Below are positions 37,738 to 49,234 of a stretch of 64,000 nt of DNA, piece by piece. Below the pieces are notes generated by a model. That model made no database searches and was not told the DNA's origin. It saw only the letters and a program-made list of their open reading frames with translations. Where the stretch lies: assembly GCF_004010195.1 (NCBI RefSeq), contig NC_057745.1:24519593-24583592 (forward strand), written 5' to 3'. This DNA comes from Chiloscyllium plagiosum (Eukaryota). The translations under genes were made by a program, and so were the position numbers. Each line of letters starts with the position of its first letter. Within the stretch, counting starts at the first letter, position 1.

Positions 37738-38949
37738 CTCTGCTTAGTTAATTACTTTATTACTTTGTATAGGTTTGAGTTAAAATACTTTCTGATACTT
37801 CTCTGCTATAGTCTTTTTCTAAAAATCAATTAATAGATAAACCATAAAAAGTAACTTTTTAACCATTCACCGATAAAGAAATAGAAAATCCTTACTTTAA
37901 CAAACCAGAGTCCTATTTTTGGTTAGAGGAGGGGGAGACACAACACGTGTAGTGTCTCGGGTTCAGCCACTGCCCAGATATATTACCGGCAGTCCCCGGT
38001 CGTCACTCCCGCCCTTCCTGCTTATTAACTAGGTTAGAGGAGGAGGGCAGGTGGGAGACACTACAGTAGTAGAGTCTCAGGTTTAGCTGCCTTGCTGATA
38101 TATATGGTCACTGCTTTCCTTCCCGGCTGCCCCTCCAGTCCACGTCACTTCTTCCGCTGCTCCCGCTCCTTTTCCGCTGCTGCTCACACTTAAAATGGCC
38201 ATTGGCGTCGAAGGGTGAGTATTTACACTCACTGCTTACCTTCCCAGCTACCCCTCTGGTCCCCGTCACTTCCTCCGCTGCTCCCGCTCCTTCTGTGAAA
38301 GAGGAAAACACCGCTGCCCGCTACCGGTAAGTAATTTTCATAAAAACTGCCTTACCTTATCTGCGGTCTTCCGAGTTCGTCTTACCTCTGCTGCTGCTCG
38401 CATTTTCAATGTCTATTGACATTGAAATCTGACATATGCCAGATTCTAAGTATCATGGTACATCTTCAATTTACTCAGATTGTTCTTCTGCACTTCAGTG
38501 ATGCATTTTGGGGCATACAGATGTGCATCATTAATGCTGTAGTGAGGACACTGTGCAGTAAAGGACACACACCCAGCTCATGGACTGGACCAGGTTGCAT
38601 CTCTGGGCTGTTTAAATGCTCACTCAGTACTCACTCACTTTATGCCCAGCTGAATGCTTACAGCTACCCTGTCTTGGTTTGCTTTGCATTGCCATTTTGG
38701 ACCTTACTCCTTAACTGAAGGTATCAGGCTCACAGTAATTGGTGTTGCTTTATTGTTAAGTGCAGAACAAGGCCAGAAAGCTGGGCATGACTGTCAGCAG
38801 TCCTTCAGTGAAGGGAGATAGTATTCTGTCAGTGTCCCGAAGCAGTAAATAAAGTGCAACCTTCAATACAAGTCCCAGTGGGTTGGACATTGTCAGTCAA
38901 TCACTCTGTTGTTGGACTAGGGGCCAGTGCAGGCAGACTAGCTTGTGAG

Positions 38950-39252
38950 CCCAGTCAGACCACATGTGGAAGCCCCTTGCATTGATCTAATGCAGGCCTT
39001 TTATAGAAATACTGTAATGTTTATCTTTTTACTTTTATTTCTTATTTTTCTAACTTATACAATGAATAGCTGTAAGGTAACAGAACTTATTTTCTTTATT
39101 TCTTTATTCTGTATCTAAGATTTGTAATTAGGCACTTTGTACATAAGGTGGCATGGTGTAGGGCAACATTGTAAACGTTTCACTGTACTCCTGTAATTGA
39201 GTACATGTGACAATAAACCTAATTCTAGTTCTAATTCTGATTCTGATTCTAT
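38950..39252 (+). mobile_element. Rex/Babar-type 3' tail fragment
   Basis: tttcactgtactc...gtacatgtgacaataaa followed by a (ttctga/ttctaa)n tail, like the end of 54680-55818. Confidence 0.5.
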
Positions 39253-39619
39253 TCAGGGCAGTAGAGTCAGGATGTTGTCCTCATAATGGGTGATCAGCTG
39301 AATGCCAGGCAGCTCACCATACATTTTGACTCTTTCTGCCCTATTGTGAACTGTTTCCCTCCTGGAATGAGAAAGGCAGATATTAAGGAAGGTGAACTTG
39401 GGTGAGCGCTCGGCTGCAGGTGGGAATGTGTACCAGGCGAGTGAGTAGGCAGTGGGAAGAGTGAGCAGGATAGCAGTGTTGGGGGTTGAAGTGGATTGGA
39501 GCAAGTGAACAAAAAATGTTATAGGAATTAGCAAGAGCAAGTGCTTTAGTGGAAGGCGGATACAGCAACAGACGTTCAGTGAATGTGAGTTATCAGAGAG
39601 AAGATGGCAGTACTTATAC

Positions 39620-39842
39620 TTATGGAGTGAAAAACTGTCATTGACCTTCTTCCTACATTGCTGGTCATTCCTCCAGATGGCTGAGACTGCACTGACCCAA
39701 GTGGCAACTTCAGACCAGATTTGTTTGGTCTGATGTCATGGCCTCCTCTGCTGTCTGTGGGGGAAGTGGACATCCTACTGTACAGCAGGGCATCTAGGTG
39801 CCTGTCTGTAAAGTGCGACAGTATTTTTTTCTTCTTTGTCAT
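39620..39842 (-). mobile_element. PIF/Harbinger ORF2 relic (Myb/SANT-like DNA-binding domain)
   Basis: MTKKKKILSHFTDRHLDALL / frameshift / DVHFP...HQTKQIWSEVATWVSAVSAIWRNDQQCRKKVND. Confidence 0.7.
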
Positions 39843-40394
39843 GCCTGTAACAAATATCAGGAAGCTTGCAGGGCAGCTCTGACAGACAGTGCTTATCAGG
39901 CTTTGCAAAGATGGTGCCGGGGTGTCCAGGTAGTGGCAAGTTGTTCTTGGTACAGCAAGTAGTAGAATGGTGCTGGAATCAGACAAGACTGATATCACGG
40001 GAATGGGGTAAATAATCAATGAGGCAAATTTGGTAAGTTGTGGCAACAAAACCCATTAGGCTTCATGGAGAGAAATCATCCATCAAATTTGATAAAAGTG
40101 AGATCTTCTTGTGGCACAGTGGTAGTGTTCTTACCCTTGGACCAGGGGGCTTGGTTTTAAGTCCCATCTGGTCTAGAGGTGTGTAACAACATCACTGAAC
40201 AGGTTGATTAGAAAAATAGGTAGTTAAAAAAAAGTAACATTCAACCATTTGTGGATCTACAGGAATCTCTATTCAACCAACACTTGCAGGATTCTATACA
40301 GATGGACTGTGTAGGACTCTCTCTCCATGTGAAGGTGGAACATCTTGTGTTTTTTTGAAATTTTCTCACTTTCTTGATTATATTAAAATATAAC

Positions 40395-41200
40395 CATGAA
40401 GGCTAGGAGCAGAAGCAGGCCATTGAGTCTGCTCCAACATTCAATGAGATCATAGCTGATCTAATAATTCTCAACTCCATTTCATCCTTGATCCCCTTAC
40501 TGATTAAAAATCTGTCTGTCTCAGCTTTCAATATACTAAGCAACACAGACTTTACATCCTCCTGCGGTAAAGAATTCCACAGATTCACAACTGTGAATTC
40601 CTCCTCATCTCTGTCCTAACTAGGAGATTCCCTTGTTCTGAGATTGTGCCCTCTGGTCCTAGAGTCTCCCACAGTGGGAAACAATACCTCTACTTCTACT
40701 CTGTGAAGACCCCAACAATCTTACACATTTCAATAAGGTCACCTTTCAGTCTTCTAAACTCTAATGCATACAAGCCCAGCCTCCTCAGCCTCTCATGAGA
40801 AAATCCCTCCATACCTGAGATCAAACTGGTGGACCTTCTCTAACTGCCTCCAATAGCAGTATATTTTCTCAGAGATAAAGGGACTAAGATTATTGTCAGT
40901 GTTCGAGGTGTAGTCGAACATTGAACTAGTGCCTTGTATTGTTTTGGCATGACTTCCCTATTTTTATGCTAATTTCCTTTGAAATAAAGGTTTACATTCC
41001 ATCTGCCTTCCCAATCACCTGGAGAGTTAGCTTTTTGTGATTCATACACTAGGTCTCCAAAATCCTTATGTGTTGTAGCTTTCTGCAATCTTTCTCCCTT
41101 TCAGTAACATTCAGCTCCTCTATTCTTCCCACCAAAGTGCATCACCTCACATTTTCCCAAACTGTATTCCATCTAACAAGTTTTTGCACACTTTGCTGTC
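40395..41200 (-). mobile_element. Old CR1 fragment
   Basis: NLWNSLPQE...KAETDRFLISKGIK on the minus strand. Confidence 0.8.
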
Positions 41201-41381
41201 AATACACAGACCCACCATATAATGAACTGCACTGAAAACATGGATTACATACTTCATCCTGTATTTTAAATTGTTTTGATAATCATCAAGAGCATGGGAA
41301 CTCAGTGACATGGATAAAGAGAACATAGAACAATTTTCATTAACTGACACCTGCCTTTGGATTGATAGGCAGAATTCTTAC

Positions 41382-41700
41382 TCCAGGAACAAATGGAGAT
41401 TGGACGTTCAATTGAATTTGGCATTGCTATCCAAAAAAGTAATCACATCAGTTTGGATTCCCACTGGCTTTGCTGAATGTGCTGTGGGAGTCCATCAGAC
41501 TGTTTTTCCATAAAGATGAAGAACTATTGGCTGCTAAACAAAAGTGAATAATTCCATTCAATACAGCCTATTAATTCTTCTAATCCCTTCAATATCTGAT
41601 CTCTAAAGGAAGGTTATGGAACTTAGAACACAACGATATCCTAAAAATACAGCACTTGCCACCAAAGCTGTATTGGACATGATCCTCCAAAACTTATCAG
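41382..41700 (-). pseudogene. Two pseudo-exons (41660-41700 and 41382-41533)
   Basis: ccatctacag|(S)DKFWRIMSNTALV|gcaagt; cttttgtttag|QPIVLHLYGKTV*WTPTAHSAKPVGIQTDVITFLDSNAKFN*TSNLHLFL GA|gtaaga; phases fit neighbours. Confidence 0.65.
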
Positions 41701-41819
41701 CTGTAGATGGATACAATCAAAACAGGAGCACTTCAAGTGTGAAAAGGACACACATATCAGAAGACACTTTACATCAATAATAGCATACACATAACAAGCT
41801 TTGCATAACTTGCCAGATT

Positions 41820-42408
41820 ATAGAGTCATAGAGTCAGACAATATGGAAACAGACCCTTCACTCCAAACAGTCCATGCTGACCATAATCCCAAACTAAACT
41901 AGTCCTACCCTGCCTGCACTTGGCCCATATCCCTCCAAATCTTTCCTATTCATGTACTTCGCTCAAGGGCTTTTAAATGATGTAACTTTACCCACATCCA
42001 CCACTTCCTCTGGAATATCATTTCACGCATGAACCACTCTGTGTAAAAAAGTTGACCCTCATGTCCTTTTAAAATCTTTTTCCTCTCGTCTTAAAAATAT
42101 GCTCCCTAGTATTGAAATCCCCCACCTTAGGGAAAATACACCTGCTATTCATCTTATCTATACCACTCATGATTTTATAAAGCTCTATAAGATCACCTCA
42201 ACCTCCTATGCTCCAGTGAAAAAAGTCCTAGCCTATCCAGCCTCTTCTTGTAACCCAAATCCTCCATTACTGGCAACATCCCAGTAATTCTCTTTCGAAC
42301 CTCCTCCCGCTTAACAATATCCTTCCTGTGACAGGGCAACCAGAACTGATCTCAAGATTCCAGAACTGGCCTCATACAACATCAACATGACATCCCAACT
42401 CCAATAGT
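41820..42408 (-). mobile_element. CR1 3' fragment
   Basis: tagagtcatagagtc tail; CR1 C-terminal DNA. Confidence 0.8.
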
Positions 42409-42409
42409 C

Positions 42410-42665
42410 AAAGGTCTGAGGTGATGAGGTTCTGTATGGTCTGGGAGATGATGGTTTGGTGATGAGGGGTGGGGTCATGATCGAGGGGGTGGTAGGAAAA
42501 GGTGTCCTCGAGTTGGCGTTTGGCTTCAGTGGTGTAGAGCTGAAAATGTGTTGCTGGAAAAACGCAGCAGGTCAGGCAGCATCCAAGGAACAGGAGAATC
42601 GCCGTTTCGGGCATAAGCCCTTCTTCAGTGGTGTAGAGGTCAGTGCACCAGACCCTGTCTATATG
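42410..42665 (-). mobile_element. Penelope-like RT ORF fragment containing a nested family C repeat (42540-42622)
   Basis: VWCTDLYTTE[insert]AKRQLEDTFSYHPLDHDPTPHHQTIISQTI; 16-bp TSD cttcagtggtgtagag (42524-42539 and 42623-42638). Confidence 0.8.
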
Positions 42666-43268
42666 TGATATAAACTTCAAAGAATTATGTCCCTGAACCC
42701 TTAGGTCTCTTTGTTCTAACAGCTGTTATAATTATGCACAAAGAGTGAAGCAAGCACACTGCTCTGCCAAGGTAAACTCTGCAGACAAAAATACTTTATG
42801 AAGCGCTATTGGTCTAAATTGTTATGTTTCACAGGATTGAACACAGATTCTTAAGAATGTTACACACATCAGAATGGAATGAATAAGTGTAACCAGAGAT
42901 TAATCAATTTAAATGACTCCAATTCATCCAACACTTAAATTGTGAATGTATTTGCTGTTTACCTTACTCAAAATGAATGATAGCACAATAAACCACCTTC
43001 AATACTGTTGTAAAAATAATGCTAAGCTCGGCATGGGTATAAACCTAATGAATATAAATGCCTTTGCCATGTCGAAAGAATGCATATCTCCCAGTTATCT
43101 AACAAATGTTACTGAATCCAAAGACAATAAAAGCATGTGCAACATTCTGTGTGATGAAAAGAAAAATGGATCATTATTAAATAGTTGTATCATAAATCTA
43201 AATGCTTCACTCCTTCATTTTAGACTTGGCAATGTAAAAACAATAGCTTGGAATTTTCATGATCTTAC

Positions 43269-43380
43269 AACTCTGTGGCAAAGAATTCCCCTTTATCAAC
43301 AAAAGACTTCCTTCCAGCATCAAGTAAAGGGGATTTCTAGGATCCAGCAACAGTGGTATCACAGCCTTGATATTGCTCAC
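43269..43380 (-). pseudogene. Pseudo-exon (112 nt, phase 0-1, open frame)
   Basis: VSNIKAVIPLLLDPRNPLYLMLEGSLLLIKGNSLPQS; T|gtaaga; weak acceptor next to an old CR1. Confidence 0.6.
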
Positions 43381-43399
43381 CTCTCAATGTTAGAGTGTG

Positions 43400-43970
43400 G
43401 GACAAATGAGGTATCTCCAGGACAACAACGTGTAACCAGTGGAATGCCATATGGATCAATGCCAGGATCACAACTATTTACAAGATATATTAATGACTGG
43501 ATGAAGAAAGTGAATACACTGTCATTAAGTTTGCAGATGAGCATAAAAATAAATGGGAAGGCAAGTGTCGAGGAACACACAAAAAGCTTATAGTGGGATG
43601 TAGACAGGTTAAACAAATGGGCAAAAACTTAACAGATGGAATATTAAATGGAAACTGTGAGGTTCTGCACCTTGGTGGGAAGAATAGAGATGTTGAAAAC
43701 TATTTCAATTGAGAAAATTGCAGAAATTGGGATTTGGGAGTCCTCCTGTGTGAATCACAAAAAAAGCGGCACCCAGATTCAAGGGGTTATAGGAAAGCAA
43801 ATGGAATTTTGGCCTTTATTAATTTCAAGGAGAATGGAGTGCAGTATAACAGTAGGGCTAAAGGCACAAGACACTAATCAAACCATAGCTGGAATACGGT
43901 GAACAGCTTTGGTTCCCTTATCCATGACAAAGTTCACTGGCATTGGAGGCAGTCCCCTGAAGAGGGGTTG
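43400..43970 (+). mobile_element. Old CR1 RT fragment
   Basis: VTSGMPYGSMPGSQLFTRYIND (degenerate [13 protein letters not shown]) and FAD motif. Confidence 0.75.
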
Positions 43971-44494
43971 ATATTTATGCCAGTGAACAGTGAGCTGACA
44001 GGGCAGAAGGAAACTCACACCACAGCCATAACATGCAGTGATTTCACCATATTGTCTAATTATCACCTACCCATTTTTGCCTACCTTCTCACACTAATTA
44101 TATGGGCAGTATATTATCAGGGTCAATATTGAGCTTTTGACCAATGTCAGCAGTTTCCCAACTTGCATGTTATTGAAGTGAGCTCAGGGTGTGGTCCAGA
44201 CACCCATCCTAAGTTCTGTGCCTAGAGCCAAAAGTACACCGAGCATGTGTGTGCAAGAGCTAAACCTTAGTCTCAGAGCTCTAACAGAGATTCCTGTGCA
44301 TTGAAACTTCAGACAAGGGTTGTAGAAACTGCACCTGCATTGGCAAAAGTCAATTGTATGGAATTCGTCTACAGGGGCCATCACATGTAGTTAACATATT
44401 TTGAGAAAAGTTTCAACCTTACAAACAGCTTAACAAATGGTAGTTTCATAACTGTAAACAACCACTTAAGGAAAGCAAGCGAGGGAAAATGATA

Positions 44495-44725
44495 GAGCCA
44501 TAGAGTCATAGGGATGTACAGCACAGAAACAGACCCCTCGGTCCAACTCATCCATGCCGATCAGATATCCTAAATTAATCTAGTCCCATTTGCCAGCATT
44601 TGGCCTTGATCCTTTTAAGCCCTTCCTATTCATATATCCATCCAGATGCCTTTTAAATGTTGTAATTGTATGAGCCTCCACCACTTCTGCTGAAAAAGTT
44701 GCCCTTTAGATACTTTTAAATCTTT
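44495..44725 (-). mobile_element. CR1 3' UTR fragment
   Basis: catagagtcatag tail; reverse complement of the 4200-4330 type end. Confidence 0.8.
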
Positions 44726-45024
44726 ATTTACAGGCAATGGCTTGGGAATCACAGCTTCAAAAGATTCCAAACTGCTTGATGAAACTTAAAGTTGATCATG
44801 AAAAAGAGCTTGAACAAATCAATGTTAAACAAGAATTGGCGTTTCCTTACCAGCTCAAAGATACTACTAATCTAAATGCTCAGCTTCTAGTCACCACTCA
44901 ACAAAATCAAGCATTGGAAATTGTGACTCTTGTGTTGCAGTGACATTTTCACCTATCTCTAAGCCAAGAGACCCAGGTTCAAGTCCCACCTGCTCCAGAG
45001 GTATGCAATACTATCTTTGAACAG

Positions 45025-45241
45025 TAGAATTAAAACAAAGAACTGCAAACGTTGAATATCTGAAACAGAAATCTCAGTAGTTCTAGCAGGATCTGTGGAG
45101 AGAAAGCAGCATTAACATTTTGAGTCCAGTGACCCGTCTTCAGAAATGAAGGCTACTGGACTCAAAACATTAACTTTGCTTTCTTTCTTCCCACAGATGC
45201 TACCAGAACTGTTGAGTTTCTCCAGCAATTTCTGTTTTTGC
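45025..45241. mobile_element. Older Penelope-derived fold-back (family D) inside a short SINE
   Basis: Inverted arms; minus strand CUGAAGA C GGGUC ACUG GACUC AAAA UGUU (CpG-decayed hammerhead); TSD tac(t/c)atctttgaacag (45009-45024 and 45242-45257). Confidence 0.75.
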
Positions 45242-45527
45242 TACCATCTTTGAACAGGTTGATTAGGAAAATATTAAAACATTAGAGACTGAAAACTAAA
45301 AGGTCACAGACGATTTTCAAATATACTGTGCAGAGACAACTGGCATGCTCATACATTTGACATATCAAAGTACAGGTAATCTTGACTTGCGAATGATCAT
45401 ATTTATGAATGAGATTTCATATTACTATTAATTCTAAGGATCTGACTTGCAAACATTTGCTTGTACTTACGAATAGTTACTTTATATTCTACTGTATTGT
45501 GTTCCAACTTATTACAAATTGACTTAC

Positions 45528-48500
45528 AAATGTACTCAGGAACAGAACTCATTCATAACGCAGGGACTGTAATAGATAGAGTCTCTCTCTTTCAGCAAAA
45601 AACAACAGAATTGTGTGTTGCTTCCCTGGTGCCGGGATCAAGGATGTCTCAGAGAGGGTGCAGAATGTTCTCATGGGGGAGAGGGGCCAGCAAGAGATCA
45701 TTGTCCACGTTGGAATCCATGACATACGAAGGGAAAAGGTTGAGATACTGAAGGGAGATTACAGAGAATTAGGCAGAAATTTAAAAAGGAGGTCCTCGAG
45801 ATTAGTAATATCTGGATTACACCTGGTGCTATGAGCTAGTGAGGGCAGGAATAGGAGGACAGAGCAGATGAATGCATGGCTGAGGAGCTGGTGTATGGGA
45901 GAAGGATTCACATTTTTGGATCATTGGAATCTCTTTTGGGGTAGAAGTGACCTGTACAAAAAGGACGGATTGCACCTAAATTGGAAGGGGACTAATATAC
46001 TGGCAGGGAAATTTGCTGGAGCTGCTCGGGAGGATTTAAACGAGTAAGGTGAGGGAGTGGAACCCAGGGAGATAGTGAGGAAAGAGATCAAACTGAGACG
46101 GGTACAGTTGAGAACAGAAGCGAGTCATACTGCCAGGGCAGGCAGGGACAAGGTAGGACTAATAAATTAAACTGCATTTATTTCAATGCAAGGAGCCTAA
46201 CAGGGAAGGCAGATGAATTCAGGACATGGTGAGGAACATGGGACTGGGATATCATAGCAATTACAGAAACATGACTCAGGGATGGGCAGGACTGGCAGCT
46301 TAATGTTCCAGGATACAAATGCTACAGGAAGGATAGAAAGGGAGGTAACAGAGGAAGGGGAGCGACATTTTTGATAAGAGATAGCATTACAGCTGTGCTG
46401 AGGGAGGATATTCCCGGAAATACATCCAGGGAAGTTATTTGGGTGGAACTGAGAAATAAGAAAGGGATGATCACCTTATTGGGAATGTGGATGTACCTAC
46501 TGGAGAAGGTGCAAAACTTGACCTACTCTTGGGAAATAAGGCAGGGCAGGTGACTGAGGTGTCAGTGGGGGAGCAATTTGGGGCCAGCGACCATAATTCT
46601 AATAGATTTAAAATAATGATGGAAAAGGATAGACCTGATTTAAAAGTTGAAGTTCTAATTTCGAGAAAGGCCACTTTTGACGGTATTAGGCAAGGACTTT
46701 CAAAAGCTGATTGGGGGCAGATGTTCATAGGTAAAGAGACGGCTGGAAAATGGGAAGCCTTTAGAAATGAGATAACGAGAATCCAGAGAAAATATATTCC
46801 TGTCAGGGTGAAAGGAAAGGCTGGTAGGTATAGGGAATGCTGATGACGAAAGAAATTGAGGGTTTGGTTAAGAAAAAGAAGGAAGCATATGTCACGTATA
46901 GATAGGATCAATCGAGTGAATTCTTAGAAGAGTATAAAGGAAGTAGGAGTATACTTAAGAGGGAAATCAGGAGGGCAAAAAGGGGACATGAGATAGCTTT
47001 AGCAAACAGAATTAAGGAGAATCCAAAGAGTGTTTACAAATATATTAAGGACGAAAAGGGCAACTAGGGAGAGAATAGGGCCCCTCAAAGTTCAGCAAGG
47101 CGGCTTTTGTGTGGAGCAGCAGAAAATGGGAGAGATGCTAAATGAGTATTTAGCATCAGTATTTACTGTGGAAAAAAATATGGAAGATATAGACTGGAGG
47201 GAAATAGATGGTGACATCTTGCAAAATGTTCAGATTACAGAGGAGGAAGTGCTGGATGTCTTGAAATGGTTAAAGGTGGATAAATCCCCAGGACTTGATC
47301 AGGTGTACCCTAGAACTCTGTGAGAAGCAAGAGAAGTGATTTCTGGGCCTCTTGCTGAGATATTTGTTCATCAATAATTACAGCGCTGGAAGACTAGAGG
47401 CTGGCTAACGTGGTGCCACTGTTTTAGAAGGGTGGTAAGGACAAACCAGGGGACTATAGACCAGTGAGCCTGACCTCGGTGTTGGGCAAGTTGTTGGAAG
47501 GAATCCTGAGGGACAGGATGTACATGTATTTGGAAAAGCAAGAACTGATTAGGGATAGTCGACATGGCTTTGGGCGTGGGAAACCATGTCTCACAAAATT
47601 GATTGAATTTTTTGAGGAAGTAACAAAGAGGATTGATGAGGGCAGAGCGGTAGATGTGATCTATATGGACTTCAGTAAGGCATTTGACAAGGTTCCCAAT
47701 GGGAGACTCATTAGCAAGGTTAGATCTCATGGAATACATGGAGAACTAGCCACTTGGATACAGAACTGGCTCAAAGGTAGAAGACAGAGGGTGGTGGTGG
47801 CAGATTGCTTTTCAGACTGGAGTCCTGTGACCAGTGGAGTGCCACAAGGATCGGTGTGGGTCCTCTACTTGTTGTCATTTACATAAATGATTTGGATGCG
47901 AGCATAAGAGGTAAAGTTTGCAGATGACACCAAAATTGGAGGTGTAGTGGACAGCGAAGAGGGTTACCTCAGATCAGAACAGGATCTGGACCAGATAGGC
48001 CAATGGGTTGAGAAGTGGCAGATGGAGTTTAATTCAGATAAATGCGAGGTGCTGCACTTTGGGAAAGCAAATCTTAGCAGGACTTATACACTTAATGGTA
48101 AGGTCCTAGGGAGTGTTGCTGAACAAAGAGACCTTGGAGTGCAGGTTCATAGCTCCTTGAAAGTGGAGTTGCAGGTAGGTAGGATAGTGAAGAAGGCGTT
48201 TGGTATGCTTTCCTTTATTGGTCAGAGTATTGAGTACAGGAGTNNNNNNNNNNNNNNNNNNNNNNNNNNNNNNNNNNNNNNNNNNNNNNNNNNNNNNNNN
48301 NNNNNNNNNNNNNNNNNNNNNNNNNNNNNNNNNNNNNNNNNNNNNNNNNNAAAGATATAAAAGAGACCTAAGGGCCAACTTTTTTCACATAGAGGGTGGT
48401 ATGTGTATGGAATGAGCTGCCAGAGGAAGTGGTGGAGGCTAGTACAATTGCAACTTTTAAGAGGCATTTGGGTGGGCATATGAATAAGAAGAGTTTGGAG

Positions 48501-48706
48501 GGATATGGGCCGGGTGCTGGCAGGTAGGACTAGGTGGGATATCTGGTTCGCATGGACAGGTTGGACCGAAGGGTCTGTTTCCATGCCGTACATCTCTATG
48601 ACTCTGTGACTAAATAGTAGAGCTTCAAGATCACACCAAACTGTAAATTGATGAGAATCTTCTATACAATTAATCAAAGATGATCTTGTACTTTAAGAAG
48701 AAAATC
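45528..48706 (-). pseudogene. Pseudo-exon split by a 3-kb CR1 (pieces 48612-48706 and 45528-45596)
   Basis: ttccctctctcag|GA; FSS*STRSSLINCIEDSHQFTVWCDLEALLF[CR1]AERERLYLLQSLRYE*VLFLSTF|gtaagt; joined length 164 nt fits phase 1-0. Confidence 0.7.
45597..48611 (+). mobile_element. CR1 LINE, 5'-truncated in ORF1, many frameshifts, gap at 48244-48350
   Basis: CCFPGA...VHVG esterase, APE and RT fragments (VTSGVPQGS, FADDTK), ctatgact tail. Confidence 0.95.
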
Positions 48707-48844
48707 CTGAGAGAGGGAACAAAAATCTTTGTTTAAGTTCACAAAGGTATACAGTGGAGAAACAAGCCCTGGTTAAGGACAGAGATCACTACAAGAATAA
48801 AGGATTAAATTTTTATATAGATTTAGAAATTCATGGTGTCAAAC

Positions 48845-48878
48845 CTATGCGGTGTGCTGGAAATCCAGCCACACTATT
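48845..48878 (-). pseudogene. Candidate 34-nt pseudo-exon (phase 0-1)
   Basis: gattcacag|NSVAGFPAHRI G|gtttga; bridges the phases of both neighbours; weak donor. Confidence 0.4.
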
Positions 48879-49234
48879 CTGTGAATCATGCCAAATATAT
48901 AACTGACCAATTTAATCATGAATGTGGTTAATTTCTCTGTTGACTACTATCTGAGATAAAGGAAGCTCACACCAAGTTTTATTAATAAACAAGGAAATCA
49001 AAACTTTTTAATTATAACAAATTTTCCCTATATTCTTTTTAAATCCAGACATGCAAAATTCATTTGCAAATGGAATGGACAAGACAGATAGTTTGCTGAA
49101 ATATCATATGTGGAAAAATAAGCAACAAAGAACAAATTCCGTGGATCAAGAGTCTAAGCCACAAGGATGGAGTGAAGTGACTTTCTCACAGTTCTTTTTA
49201 GAATATTGTTTTTTCTTCCACTCACCAAGAAATA

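Larger units (their letters stand above)
34210..38410 (-). mobile_element. Near-full-length CR1 LINE (5' UTR, ORF1, ORF2, 3' tail), gap at 34981-35079
   Basis: ORF1 with zinc finger/leucine zipper and SGNH esterase; ORF2 with APE endonuclease and RT; (tcttatgg)n tail; GC-rich repeated 5' UTR. Confidence 0.95.

Noticed and set aside
41382-41533. In-frame TGA codons read as selenocysteine, readthrough or U-to-C editing in a live gene
   Set aside because: TAA and TAG stops, frameshifts and three exonic TE insertions also occur. The stops are what ordinary transitions from CGA/CAA/CAG/TGG would give.
41382-41533. Assigning the dead gene to the FAM194/ERICH6, kinesin or TOP6BL families
   Set aside because: Only fleeting short-motif resemblance, not sustained over neighbouring exons, so no gene symbol is given.
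42946-43593. 215-aa plus-strand ORF
   Set aside because: It is a chance open frame running through AT-rich intron, the antisense of a pseudo-exon and an old CR1 RT piece.
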